This document shows positions 23,717 through 34,429 of a stretch of 64,000 bases of DNA, piece after piece. The stretch lies in the NCBI RefSeq assembly GCF_058153355.1, contig NZ_CM177019.1; one strand, given 5' to 3'. The stretch's first letter is position 1. Each line of letters begins with the position of its first letter. Under the pieces are notes generated by a model. The model was not told the DNA's origin. It made no database searches and saw only the letters and a list, made by a program, of their open reading frames with translations. The position numbers and the translations under genes are program-made.

Positions 23717-24628
23717 TCAGGTTGCATGTTCGATTTGCAGCAACGCCGCGCCTCGTACACCGCTCGTTGCTCCGTGAATGGCAGAAAATACGCGCGCAGG
23801 TTCCAGTCCAGGAAGAAGATAACGCGTCATAGCTTTCGGCAATAACGTGTAAATTTCTTTGAAGTTAGACACACCGCCGCCAAGAACAAATGCATCTACG
23901 TCGAGAATATGCTGCAACTGTGCCAGCGTACAACCAACCATATCTATCCAGGCGCTAATGGTGGTGATGGCACTGGGAACGCCACGTTGATGATTTTCTA
24001 ACAATGTCTCCATAGTGATTTGCTCATCGCTGAAATGCTTATGTAACCAGAGCAAGCCAGGACCGGACTGGTAGCGTTCCAGGCACCCTTGCAAACCGCA
24101 GCCGCATTGTAATTCAGGCAGGTTATAGCGCCGCGTAAATGTCGCCGGGAGCGGTAAATGGCCAAACTCGCAGGCCATACGGTTACGGCCACGGTACAAC
24201 TGGCCATCAATAACTAATCCCCCGCCCATACCCGTGCCGATAATCGCGCCAAAGATCCGACTATATTGACGAGCTTGATCGGTATGCGCTTCTGATAGGG
24301 CGAAGCAGCAGCAGTCATTATCCATTATTACCGGGCGGTTAAGGCGATTTGCCAGATCGGTTAACACCTGGCGTCCGGTCAGGCAGGGAACGTTAGAAGA
24401 CAACAGTTTACCGGTGTGCCGATCCATAACGCCGGGCATCCCGATACCTATTTTGCCTTGCGTACCCGTGGCCCAGTCAGCGGTATCAATCAGAGACACA
24501 AATGTGGATAGAAAAAGCGCGTAATCCTGAACAGGCGTAGCTACCCGCTTGCGCCAGCAAATTTGTAAATCCTGATCAAAGGCGACTATCTCTGTTTTGG
24601 TTCCACCAATATCAACACCGTAAAACAT
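23717..24628 (-). CDS. ROK-family sugar kinase, NagK-like
   Basis: 303 aa; DIGGTK N-terminus and CGCG..C zinc motif as in N-acetylglucosamine kinase. Confidence 0.85.
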   Translation of the reverse strand: MFYGVDIGGTKTEIVAFDQDLQICWRKRVATPVQDYALFLSTFVSLIDTADWATGTQGKIGIGMPGVMDRHTGKLLSSNVPCLTGRQVLTDLANRLNRPVIMDNDCCCFALSEAHTDQARQYSRIFGAIIGTGMGGGLVIDGQLYRGRNRMACEFGHLPLPATFTRRYNLPELQCGCGLQGCLERYQSGPGLLWLHKHFSDEQITMETLLENHQRGVPSAITTISAWIDMVGCTLAQLQHILDVDAFVLGGGVSNFKEIYTLLPKAMTRYLLPGLEPARVFSAIHGATSGVRGAALLQIEHAT

Positions 24629-24646
24629 CGCTCATCTCCTTTGGTT

Positions 24647-25903
24647 TCACAGCACAACCAGGGTATTTTCCTTGCGAGCGCGTTCGGCGGCAAAGACCAT
24701 TAAATGACTTTCGAGCGATTCATCTGGTCCTGAAAGGATCATCGCTCGATCGTCAGCCATCACGGCATGGATAAAGCTGTCCATCAGATAGTAATCACCA
24801 CCACCGTGCCCTCCCATTTGGGTGTGAGTGCCTGCGTTTTTCTCTTCAACGGTGTAAATAGTTTCCTGGTCGGTGAGAAAATCAAAACACCGAATGGTGT
24901 TGCCATCGCCTTCCAGATAACCTTTCGAACCGAAAACTCGGGTTTTGCGATCCTCCATTTTCGTAAAGGCTGTCATTGTAAAAGTGACGCTCTGCTGATG
25001 CGCAAACTGCATGTTTACCACTTGATGATCAACAACATCGTTATCGCAGCAATAAACACAGCGACCATAGGGGCCGTCACGCAGGGCCTGACGAATATTC
25101 TCTTCAGTAGGATTTGGTGTTAACACGTGGCGAAAGTGAAACGTACATTTATGGGCTTCGCCAGCATAAATTTTGCATGCGGACCACGGGCAGGTCGCTT
25201 CTGCCTGGCAATCGAGACAGCGTTCGGCTGCGCCTTCAGGTTGGTTTTGTTTTACAAAATGGTTGAGCCCGCCAAATGAGCTAACGGTTTTACAGTTGTC
25301 TCCCATGATGTAGCGGATCCAGTCCAGATCGTGGCAGGACTTTTGTAACAACATAAATGATGATTCAGCCTCGTTGCGCCAGTTACCACGCACAAAAGAG
25401 TGTGCCTGGTGCCAGTAACCGACGGGTTCGAGATGCTGCATACTGATAATGTCGCCAATGATGCCGCTATCGAGTAAGAATTTGAGTTTTTGTGTATATC
25501 GGGTGTAACGAAGAACGTGTGCGACGGCTAATAAGACATTATTGCGTTTGACGGCATCAATGATAATGCGGCAATCGTGCTCTGTTGGCGCGAGCGGTTT
25601 TTCCAACAGAATGTGGTAACCGAGATCGGCAAAAGCGACGGCCGGATCTCTATGCATATTGTCTTGCGTACAAATAAGTACAGCATCAGCCATTTTTGGC
25701 CGAGCAGCAGCCTCTTTCCAGTTGCTAAAAATATTATCTGTCGGGATCGTATGCCGGGACACAACTTGCTCGCGGTAAGCCTCTCTAGGTTCAGCAACAC
25801 CTACCACTTGCATTCTGTCCGGATGCTCAAGGGCATAGCGGGAATATATTTCTCCACGTGCGCCTGCACCTATTACTAAAACAGTGACTTTATTTTTACT
25901 CAT
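24647..25903 (-). CDS. Gfo/Idh/MocA-family NAD(P)-dependent oxidoreductase with Cys-rich insert
   Basis: 418 aa; Rossmann N-terminus (VLVIGAGARG), EKP motif, Cys cluster CLDCQAEATCPWSACK...CVYCC. Confidence 0.8.
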   Translation of the reverse strand: MSKNKVTVLVIGAGARGEIYSRYALEHPDRMQVVGVAEPREAYREQVVSRHTIPTDNIFSNWKEAAARPKMADAVLICTQDNMHRDPAVAFADLGYHILLEKPLAPTEHDCRIIIDAVKRNNVLLAVAHVLRYTRYTQKLKFLLDSGIIGDIISMQHLEPVGYWHQAHSFVRGNWRNEAESSFMLLQKSCHDLDWIRYIMGDNCKTVSSFGGLNHFVKQNQPEGAAERCLDCQAEATCPWSACKIYAGEAHKCTFHFRHVLTPNPTEENIRQALRDGPYGRCVYCCDNDVVDHQVVNMQFAHQQSVTFTMTAFTKMEDRKTRVFGSKGYLEGDGNTIRCFDFLTDQETIYTVEEKNAGTHTQMGGHGGGDYYLMDSFIHAVMADDRAMILSGPDESLESHLMVFAAERARKENTLVVL

Positions 25904-25945
25904 ATAAAGAAATACCTTTCTGATAAATTCATCTTAATTGCTACG

Positions 25946-26704
25946 TTATAAATTACGAAAACTAACAAGATGAAATCCGTGTTTTTCAATCGCATATTTG
26001 AGTGACGGTGTAGTCAGAACCGTAAGTTCTTCCAGCCGTTGATAGCAGTAACTGCTCGACATTAAGTGGTTATCTACGAATCCAGGGTGACACATAATTT
26101 CCAGCGATTTTTCATCACGTTTTATGGCGCTATCGAGGAGTGATAAAAAAAAGTCTTCTGAAATATTATTATCGTAGAAATTACTGCTGAATCCCTCACT
26201 ACTTTTGGCATCCAGCGAATCGATTTTTTTCTCTCGCAGAACAGAATGGTCTATACGTAATGGTAAATTTTTCTCACGCGCGAACCGCGCGACAACGGGA
26301 TAAACCTGCGGGATCATATGAACGCTGTGATGGCTGTCTAAATGGGTGGGCTCCCGTTTAAATACATCAATAAAACGTTGATATTGAGAACTCAGTTCCT
26401 GTTCAATTTCACCCGTGTTTAATTGCCCTTGCTCCGCGACATCCCAGATCCATTTACCTAATTGGCCTGCGCGTACCAGCGAAGGCATATCCGTTAAGGC
26501 GGCGCCATAGCTCAAAACAAAATGTAACCCGACGCCGAGCTGTGGGGTTTCGGCACTTAAAGAGGCAGCATGATCAATTGCCGGAGCATTCATCATCGCA
26601 GTTGTTGAGCGAACGACACCATTTCGTACTGCCTCGATAATTCCATAATTAATACCTTTACTTAGTCCAAAGTCATCCGCATTCACAATTAATAAGCGTT
26701 GCAT
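25946..26704 (-). CDS. YdjC-family carbohydrate deacetylase (ChbG-like)
   Basis: 252 aa; NADDFG and HLDSHHxVH motifs. Confidence 0.85.
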   Translation of the reverse strand: MQRLLIVNADDFGLSKGINYGIIEAVRNGVVRSTTAMMNAPAIDHAASLSAETPQLGVGLHFVLSYGAALTDMPSLVRAGQLGKWIWDVAEQGQLNTGEIEQELSSQYQRFIDVFKREPTHLDSHHSVHMIPQVYPVVARFAREKNLPLRIDHSVLREKKIDSLDAKSSEGFSSNFYDNNISEDFFLSLLDSAIKRDEKSLEIMCHPGFVDNHLMSSSYCYQRLEELTVLTTPSLKYAIEKHGFHLVSFRNL

Positions 26705-26716
26705 AAGGCGTCCTTG

Positions 26717-28069
26717 TTATTGATGAGATTGGGTAAGTTCAGCAATGGTGCTGGAAAATTGAGGCAGATGTTTTTTATGGGCAATGATCAGTTCACGTAC
26801 TAATTTTTCAGCGTCGTTATCCGAGGTCATTAGCGGGTTAAGGCACAGAGCCAGCAGCGTATCGTTATAGTTACCACTTATTGCCGCCCGGGCTGCCGCA
26901 ATCTCAAAACATTTGATTGAATGAATGAGCCCCAGTACATTTTCGTCAAAATGAGTGAGACGCGGGTGGGGGGTAACACCGTTATTCCCCAGAATGCAGG
27001 TCATTTCAACGGTCCAGTCTTCAGGGATATTTTTTACACTGCCCTTGTGTGGAATATTAACGTAGTGTTCTGTTTGCGTGTCATTATAAATTGCATTAAT
27101 AACGGCACAGGCTGCATCTGAATAATACGCACCACCACGCAGATCCAGTTCTTCAGGTTTTGTATTTAGTTCTGGGTTCTTATACAGCTCAAATAATTTT
27201 CTCTCTAATGCCTGCACGACTTGTGCACGAACGCCATTTTTATAAAATTCCCCCATCTCAATAGCGAGCATTTCTTTATGTTTAAAATAGTAACGTAAGT
27301 AAGCACAGGGCAGGAGATTAAGTGCCCGAATTAAATTAGGATTGAAGGTTAAACTGTCAATATTTTTGACGGTACTTCCTTCAAGCAAACCTTCAACGAC
27401 GCCATCGAGCAATTCAGCAAAACGTGATTGTCCATTGACCCATACGTCTTTAAGAAAGACCATATGATTTAAGCCAAATATGTCTATTGAAAGATCATCG
27501 TCCGCGCCAAGTTTTAGGGCATTGCGAACGAAGCTCTTCATCCCAATAGGGACATTACAGACACCGATAAACCGTTTAAATTGGGTATGGCGGTACACGG
27601 CTTCAGTAACCATCCCGGCAGGATTGGTAAAATTAATAATCCAGGCATCAGGGCAAAGTTCCTCAACATCTTTGATAATATCAAAAACTACTGGAATGGT
27701 TCGTAACCCGTTGAATAAACCGCCCGCGCCATTGGTTTCTTGCCCGAGATATCCCTGACTTAGTGGAATCAACTCATCCATTTCCCGAGCTTTTAATTGC
27801 CCGACCCGAAATTGTGTGGTGACAAAGTGCGCGCCCTGTAATGCAGCGCGACGGTCAAGTGTTTTCACTATTTTTAACGGAATGCCAGCTTTTATCACCA
27901 TCCGCTGACAAAGGTCGAAAATAATGTCCAGCTTTTCTTTGCCTTCTTCAATATCAACTAACCATAATTCACTGACCGGTAATTCATCGTAGCGTTTTAT
28001 GAATCCTTCAAGGAGTTCTGGTGTATAGCTACTGCCACCGCCAATAGTAACGATTTTTAAGTTTTTCAT
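26717..28069 (-). CDS. Glycoside hydrolase family 4 6-phospho-beta-glucosidase (ChbF-like)
   Basis: 450 aa; strong similarity to ChbF by recall (IGGGSSYTPELLEGFIKRY, NFTNPAGMVTEA). Confidence 0.9.
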   Translation of the reverse strand: MKNLKIVTIGGGSSYTPELLEGFIKRYDELPVSELWLVDIEEGKEKLDIIFDLCQRMVIKAGIPLKIVKTLDRRAALQGAHFVTTQFRVGQLKAREMDELIPLSQGYLGQETNGAGGLFNGLRTIPVVFDIIKDVEELCPDAWIINFTNPAGMVTEAVYRHTQFKRFIGVCNVPIGMKSFVRNALKLGADDDLSIDIFGLNHMVFLKDVWVNGQSRFAELLDGVVEGLLEGSTVKNIDSLTFNPNLIRALNLLPCAYLRYYFKHKEMLAIEMGEFYKNGVRAQVVQALERKLFELYKNPELNTKPEELDLRGGAYYSDAACAVINAIYNDTQTEHYVNIPHKGSVKNIPEDWTVEMTCILGNNGVTPHPRLTHFDENVLGLIHSIKCFEIAAARAAISGNYNDTLLALCLNPLMTSDNDAEKLVRELIIAHKKHLPQFSSTIAELTQSHQ

Positions 28070-28145
28070 GTTACTTCCATACTCAATATTAAATTGACTT
28101 GTGATGCCATGGTTTATCTAAACGCTGGCATGATGAAGCGTGCTA

Positions 28146-29506
28146 TTAAAACTTTAATGCATTGGCAATGTCTTCTTCGCTTTCTTGTTTAATTATTTCA
28201 ACTTGTGCTTTGTTTGAGATAATGACAAAGGGAAGATAAACCATTGTGGCAACACCTAAGTTAAAGAGCGCCAGGAGTAATCCAGCAATGCTTCCATTCG
28301 AGCTAAAGAACGCATTGAGTCCAGGAGGCATGGTCCAGGGGGCAATATTTGTTGATGGCGGAATAATACCCATGTTATAGGCGATTAAGGTAATCCCGGC
28401 GAGAATGGGTTGAATCATCACAAACGGGATTAACATAATGGGGTTCATAATGATCGGCAAACCAAATAAAATAGGTTCGTTGATATTAAAGATACCAGAA
28501 GGTAACGCTAATTTAGCAACCTGACGATAATCTTCCCGGCGTGACGCAATGAAAATGGCGAAAATGAGTCCCAGCGTTGCCCCTGTTCCACCGAGGAACA
28601 CGTAAGCGTCAAGCATTGGCCCGGTCCAGAAATGGAAGGTTTTTCCTGCTTCCAGTGCCGCTTGTACTGAACCATATTGTGTATAGGTGGCGATATTCTC
28701 CAGTCCCCACGGACCCAACGTGCTGCTTTGCAACGCGGTTAATACTAAGCCGCCGTGGATACCAAAGAACCATAACAGGGAATTAAAGACAACGAATGTC
28801 CAGCCAACAATACCGCTCATTGACGTTAATGGCGTAGCCAGTGAGGTGATAATGACCTGATGGAAATTGGTGCCATATATCGACAATATCCCAGACAAAC
28901 TACCCATAATTAACAGGATGATAAACCCGGGCACCATTGCTGAGAATGAGCGTGATACTGCGGCCGGAACACTCGCGGGCAACCGAATCACCCAGTTGCG
29001 GCGGATAATAAAAGCGAAAATTTCCGCTACAACTAATCCAATGATCATACCAGACAGAATATTGGCGCCGCCTAACCAGTTTGCACCAATGACATTAGCG
29101 GTTTCTCCTGCCTTGAAGGGGGTGACAGTCATAAACGCTGCGACAGAGAGTAAGCCAACGGATAACGAATCAACTTTCCGTTCTTCGGCCAACCCCATCC
29201 CAATAAAAAAGGGGGTCATGAGTGACATAATGCCCAGCGTGCCATGATAAGCACTGTCACCGACGACGGTGAAGGCGCTTAAGGTTTTTATGGTCGATGG
29301 TTCCAGTCGGACGCCTAATGAATAAAAAAGGAGCCTTCGCCAAAATCTAAAAAAACGCTATTAATGAGGACAAATAACGTACCGGCTAACGTTAATGGCA
29401 TCATACGGATAAAACCGTTTTTTATTGCATTGACGTGAGGTTGTTTCCCTAATTTAACTGCAAAAGGAAGAATGAGTTTTTCAAGTAACGCCATCACTCC
29501 GGGCAT
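28146..29506 (-). pseudogene. PTS lactose/cellobiose-family EIIC (ChbC-like) split by a frameshift
   Basis: N-terminal 63 aa (29506-29315, ...[12 protein letters not shown]) and C-terminal 360 aa (from 29228) are in different frames; the second frame reads FYSLGVRLE... upstream to the junction. Confidence 0.75.
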
Positions 29507-29575
29507 AAAAATATCCTTATATACCGATTAATGTATCACTGCGACTTTGGTTTTATTAATATCCTGTTGCTATGG

Positions 29576-29893
29576 TTACTTTTGCTCTTTTTTTATTATG
29601 GCGATAGCTGATTTTAGAACACCTAAGCCATCAATTTTTCCATATAACATTGAATCAATAACTTCCACTGGCTTTCCTGGTAATAAGCTTTGGATCTCTG
29701 ATTGCATGTAAGCAATTTGAGGTCCCAATAATATAACATCGGCTTCCGGCCCTTTCTCTGCGGCAACAGATTCGGAGAATGCTTCGATAATTACTGGCAC
29801 ATCATATTTTATCGCCTGCACTTTCATTTTTGACACCAGCAGTGATGTTGACATTCCCGCTGAACAAAATAAGTATATTTTTTTCTTTTCCAT
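29576..29893 (-). CDS. PTS lactose/cellobiose-family EIIB (ChbB-like)
   Basis: ORF 29576-30109; start at [20 protein letters not shown] (phospho-Cys motif), ~105 aa. Confidence 0.85.
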   Translation of the reverse strand: MEKKKIYLFCSAGMSTSLLVSKMKVQAIKYDVPVIIEAFSESVAAEKGPEADVILLGPQIAYMQSEIQSLLPGKPVEVIDSMLYGKIDGLGVLKSAIAIIKKEQK

Positions 29894-30278
29894 AGGGACT
29901 CCAGATATATTACGTAATAATATATTTGTCATGCCATGAATGGCATATGAGGCGACTTTAATTAAAAAGGCACGGATGTTTATATTGATTTCCTGAATGT
30001 CGTCTTTTGGTATTAATCTCAAAAATTTCAGGAGCCATTGAATAATCTGGTTTATAGGATTGAATGTCAAGAGAGTGAAATTGTGGGCGTGTTGTAATAA
30101 AAATAGCACGGCTTTCGGTAGGTTTCTTTTTTAGCGGAATGAAAAGTACAGGCAAAATGGTAATTGAATAAATTAACGTTTTTTCAATAGATTACGTTTT
30201 TTCCTGCCTACAGGAATGAAAAAAACAACAATCTAAAAATACTTTAGATATGTGAGAGTTATCACTTACTTTTCGTGG

Positions 30279-30311
30279 GGAAAACGGGGAAACACAGTCT
30301 CCCCGTTTTCC
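30279..30311 (-). terminator. Stem-loop immediately downstream of garD
   Basis: ggaaaacgggga / tccccgttttcc perfect 12 bp inverted repeat. Confidence 0.4.
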
Positions 30312-30326
30312 GTTCATGCAAGGCCG

Positions 30327-31898
30327 TCAAGTCACCGGTGCCGGGTTAAACACCGCCAGTTGGTTATGCAGCCCCCATTGATCCGAGAAGGTTTTCTTCT
30401 TCCCGCTGGCGACGTCGAGAATAAAGTGGAACAGCTTCCAGCCCACTTCTTCTATGGTTTCTTCGCCGGTGGCGATGGTGCCTGCGTTGATATCCATTAA
30501 GTCAAACCAACGGTTTGCCAGTTCGGTGCGGGTTGCCATTTTAATGACGGGTACCGCCATCAGGCCGTACGGCGTACCACGGCCGGTCGTAAACACTTGC
30601 ACGGTGATACCCGAAGCCACCTGTTGCGTGCCACAGACAAAATCGCTGGCTGGCGTCGCGGCGTAAATTAATCCGCGTTTAGTCGGGCGTTGACCGGGCG
30701 ATAGCACTTCAACAATTGCGCTTTTACCCGATTTAGCAATGGAGCCGAGAGCCTTCTCCACTACGTTTGCCAGACCGCCTTTCTTGTTGCCCGGAGAAGG
30801 GTTGGCGCTGCGGTCGGTTTTTCCCATATTGAGATAGTTATCGTACCACTCCATCTCTTCCAGCAGACGCTTGCCGACCTCTTCGTTCACTGCGCGCGGC
30901 GTCAGCAGATGGATCGCGTCACGCACTTCTGTGACTTCTGAAAACATCACCGTTGCGCCGCAGCGCACCAGTAGATCAGACGCATACCCAACCGCCGGGT
31001 TTGCCGTTACGCCAGAAAACGCATCGCTGCCACCGCATTGCATGCCGACAACCAGTTCTGAAGCCGGACAGGTTTCTCGCTGACGTTGATTCAGTTTTTG
31101 TAGATGGCGTTCGGCGACCTGCAAAATATCCTCGACCATGGACTGAAAACCGACATGCTTTTCATCCTGCAAACTGACAATGCTGGCGCTTTCTACTGGA
31201 ATAGCTTGCACATCATCCGTTCCAGTCAGCAGGCGCTCAGGCTGCAACTTTTCACAACCCAGACCAATCACCATTACTTCGCCGCCAAAGTTAGGGTTCA
31301 GCGAAATATTGTGAATGGTACGGATAGGCACAACTGCCGCCGGTGCGTTAATCGCCACGCCACAACCGTACAAATGATTCAGCCCCACCACGCCATCGAC
31401 GTTCGGGTATTTCGGTAGCAGATCGCGTTCAATGATTTTTACTACGTAGTCCACCACGCCTGCCACACAGTGGACGCTGGTGGTGATGCCGAGCAGGTTT
31501 TTGGTGCCCACGCTGCCATCAGCATTGCGATAGCCCTCAAAGGTGTATCCTTCCAGCGGCGGTAAGGGTTCCGGGACTTTGGTTGCCAGTGGCAGCGTGT
31601 GTAACGGCGGCGCTTCCGGTAGTACAACCATTGATTCGTCGATCCAGCTTCCGCGTGGGATTGCGCGCACGGCGTAACCAATCACTTCGCCATAACGAAT
31701 AATTTCACCATTAGCCGGAATGTCCAGCAATGCGACTTTATGCCCCTGGGGAATATGTTCAATTAATTCCAGCCCATCCGGAAAACGCGTTCCTGCTTTC
31801 AGGCCATTATCATTAACAATAATTGCCACATTATCTGTGTCGTGAACTTTTATATAAAACGCAGTTGGCGTTTCTTGTCTGATTTCGATGTTGGCCAT
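30327..31898 (-). CDS. garD: Galactarate dehydratase GarD
   Basis: 523 aa, SAF + D-galactarate dehydratase domains. Confidence 0.9.
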   Translation of the reverse strand: MANIEIRQETPTAFYIKVHDTDNVAIIVNDNGLKAGTRFPDGLELIEHIPQGHKVALLDIPANGEIIRYGEVIGYAVRAIPRGSWIDESMVVLPEAPPLHTLPLATKVPEPLPPLEGYTFEGYRNADGSVGTKNLLGITTSVHCVAGVVDYVVKIIERDLLPKYPNVDGVVGLNHLYGCGVAINAPAAVVPIRTIHNISLNPNFGGEVMVIGLGCEKLQPERLLTGTDDVQAIPVESASIVSLQDEKHVGFQSMVEDILQVAERHLQKLNQRQRETCPASELVVGMQCGGSDAFSGVTANPAVGYASDLLVRCGATVMFSEVTEVRDAIHLLTPRAVNEEVGKRLLEEMEWYDNYLNMGKTDRSANPSPGNKKGGLANVVEKALGSIAKSGKSAIVEVLSPGQRPTKRGLIYAATPASDFVCGTQQVASGITVQVFTTGRGTPYGLMAVPVIKMATRTELANRWFDLMDINAGTIATGEETIEEVGWKLFHFILDVASGKKKTFSDQWGLHNQLAVFNPAPVT

Positions 31899-32273
31899 TG
31901 TGCAATATTCTCCAGCCAGGGGTTATTAAAATGAGGACCTGGTCTCATTTAAAAAATAAATGACTTCATTGGGTGAAATAAGAATGTCAGGAGTTTAAAC
32001 GCAGAAATGTGATCAATGTCAATCATTTCAGGGATTGCAGTGCCGCCCGGCAAGGTAAAGCGCAAATCTGTGCTTTAGCGCGCAACCTTATGTGCATATG
32101 CTCAAAATAATATTTAAATAGTAATAATTAAATTAGCATTTGCACAATGATTATTATTCTCTCGCTGCTTATACTAATTCCTGAGTTCATTGTCGTAACG
32201 GCATAAATAAAACTCATAAATAACACCTTCCCCATAATAATAAAAATCAGCATAAGTACCCGAGGTAAATAAA

Positions 32274-33608
32274 ATGATTCTGGACACCGTTGACGTAAAA
32301 AAGAAAGGCGTGCATACCCGCTATTTAATATTACTGATTATTTTTATTGTTACCGCCGTTAACTACGCCGATCGTGCAACGCTGTCTATTGCTGGTACCG
32401 AAGTGGCAAAAGAGTTGCAGTTAAGTGCGGTTTCGATGGGTTACATCTTTTCTGCTTTTGGCTGGGCCTACTTGCTGATGCAAATTCCCGGCGGCTGGCT
32501 GCTTGATAAGTTTGGCTCGAAAAAAGTTTACACCTACAGCCTCTTTTTCTGGTCGCTATTCACCTTCCTGCAAGGCTTTGTTGATATGTTCCCGCTGGCC
32601 TGGGCAGGGATCTCCATGTTCTTTATGCGCTTTATGCTCGGCTTCTCGGAAGCGCCATCATTCCCGGCGAACGCCCGTATTGTCGCCGCCTGGTTCCCGA
32701 CGAAAGAACGTGGTACTGCCTCCGCCATCTTTAACTCGGCGCAATATTTCTCGCTGGCGCTCTTTTCGCCTCTGCTTGGCTGGCTGACTTTCGCCTGGGG
32801 ATGGGAGCACGTCTTTACCGTTATGGGGGTGATTGGTTTTGTGCTGACGGCGCTGTGGATCAAGTTGATTCATAACCCGACAGATCACCCACGTATGTCT
32901 GCGGAAGAGCTGAAGTTTATATCTGAAAATGGCGCGGTGGTCGATATGGACCACAAAAAGCTGGGCAGTGCGGCAGCAAGCGGTCCCAAACTGCATTACA
33001 TCAAGCAATTGCTTTCTAACCGCATGATGCTGGGCGTATTTTTCGGACAATATTTTATCAACACCATCACCTGGTTCTTCCTCACCTGGTTCCCGATTTA
33101 TCTGGTGCAGGAAAAAGGCATGTCGATTCTGAAAGTGGGTCTGGTCGCCTCGATTCCGGCACTGTGTGGTTTTGCGGGCGGCGTGCTCGGTGGTGTCTTC
33201 TCGGATTATCTGATCAAACGCGGTTTGTCCCTGACCCTGGCACGTAAGTTACCGATTGTGCTGGGAATGTTGCTGGCTTCCACCATCATCTTATGTAACT
33301 ACACCAATAACACCACGCTGGTGGTCATGCTGATGGCGCTGGCCTTCTTTGGCAAAGGATTTGGCGCGCTGGGCTGGCCGGTGATTTCTGACACCGCGCC
33401 GAAAGAGATTGTTGGCCTCTGCGGCGGCGTCTTTAACGTCTTTGGAAATGTTGCCTCCATTGTCACTCCACTGGTGATTGGCTACCTGGTAAGTGAACTG
33501 CACTCCTTCAATGCAGCACTGGTTTTCGTGGGATGTTCAGCGCTGATGGCGATGGTCTGCTACCTCTTCGTAGTTGGCGACATTAAACGTATGGAATTGC
33601 AGAAATAA
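32274..33608 (+). CDS. garP: MFS galactarate/glucarate transporter GarP
   Basis: 444 aa, 12-TM MFS; divergent from garD. Confidence 0.9.
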   Translation: MILDTVDVKKKGVHTRYLILLIIFIVTAVNYADRATLSIAGTEVAKELQLSAVSMGYIFSAFGWAYLLMQIPGGWLLDKFGSKKVYTYSLFFWSLFTFLQGFVDMFPLAWAGISMFFMRFMLGFSEAPSFPANARIVAAWFPTKERGTASAIFNSAQYFSLALFSPLLGWLTFAWGWEHVFTVMGVIGFVLTALWIKLIHNPTDHPRMSAEELKFISENGAVVDMDHKKLGSAAASGPKLHYIKQLLSNRMMLGVFFGQYFINTITWFFLTWFPIYLVQEKGMSILKVGLVASIPALCGFAGGVLGGVFSDYLIKRGLSLTLARKLPIVLGMLLASTIILCNYTNNTTLVVMLMALAFFGKGFGALGWPVISDTAPKEIVGLCGGVFNVFGNVASIVTPLVIGYLVSELHSFNAALVFVGCSALMAMVCYLFVVGDIKRMELQK

Positions 33609-33623
33609 GCAAAGGTATAAGCG

Positions 33624-34394
33624 ATGAATAACGATGTTTTCCCGAATAAATTCAAAGCAGCACTGGCTGCGAAACAGGTACAAATTGGTTGCTGGTCAGC
33701 ACTCTCTAACCCGATTAGCACTGAAGTTCTTGGTTTGGCTGGGTTTGACTGGCTGGTGCTGGATGGCGAACATGCGCCAAACGATATCTCCACGTTTATT
33801 CCGCAGTTAATGGCCCTGAAAGGCAGCGCCAGCGCGCCAGTAGTGCGAGTGCCGACCAACGAGCCGGTAATTATAAAGCGTCTTCTGGATATCGGTTTCT
33901 ATAACTTCCTGATTCCTTTTGTAGAAACAAAAGAGGAAGCAGAGCAGGCGGTGGCATCAACCCGTTACCCACCGGAAGGCATTCGCGGCGTCTCCGTTTC
34001 TCACCGCGCCAACATGTTTGGCACCGTGGCGGATTATTTCGCTCAGTCGAACAAGAACATCACCATTCTGGTCCAGATAGAAAGTCAGCAGGGCGTAGAT
34101 AACGTCGATGCCATTGCCGCTACCGAAGGTGTAGACGGTATCTTCGTCGGCCCCAGCGATCTGGCTGCGGCATTAGGCCATCTCGGCAATGCCTCGCACC
34201 CGGATGTACAAAAAGCAATCCAGCATATTTTTAACCGTGCCAGTGCGCACGGCAAACCCAGCGGTATCCTCGCGCCGGTCGAAGCCGATGCGCGTCGTTA
34301 TCTGGAATGGGGCGCGACGTTTGTGGCTGTCGGCAGCGATCTCGGCGTCTTCCGCTCTGCCACTCAGAAACTGGCTGATACCTTTAAAAAATAA
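33624..34394 (+). CDS. garL: 5-keto-4-deoxy-D-glucarate aldolase GarL
   Basis: 256 aa HpcH/HpaI aldolase family. Confidence 0.9.
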
Positions 34395-34429
34395 CCACCA
34401 CCGCAACAAGAGAGATGATTGATATGACT

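Noticed and set aside
22370-30326. Mobile-element hallmarks (IS, integrase, tRNA target, flanking direct repeats) at the island boundaries
   Set aside because: None seen by eye at either junction or at the fimbrial junction near 60524-60816, so the islands are described as accessory regions and not as mobile elements.
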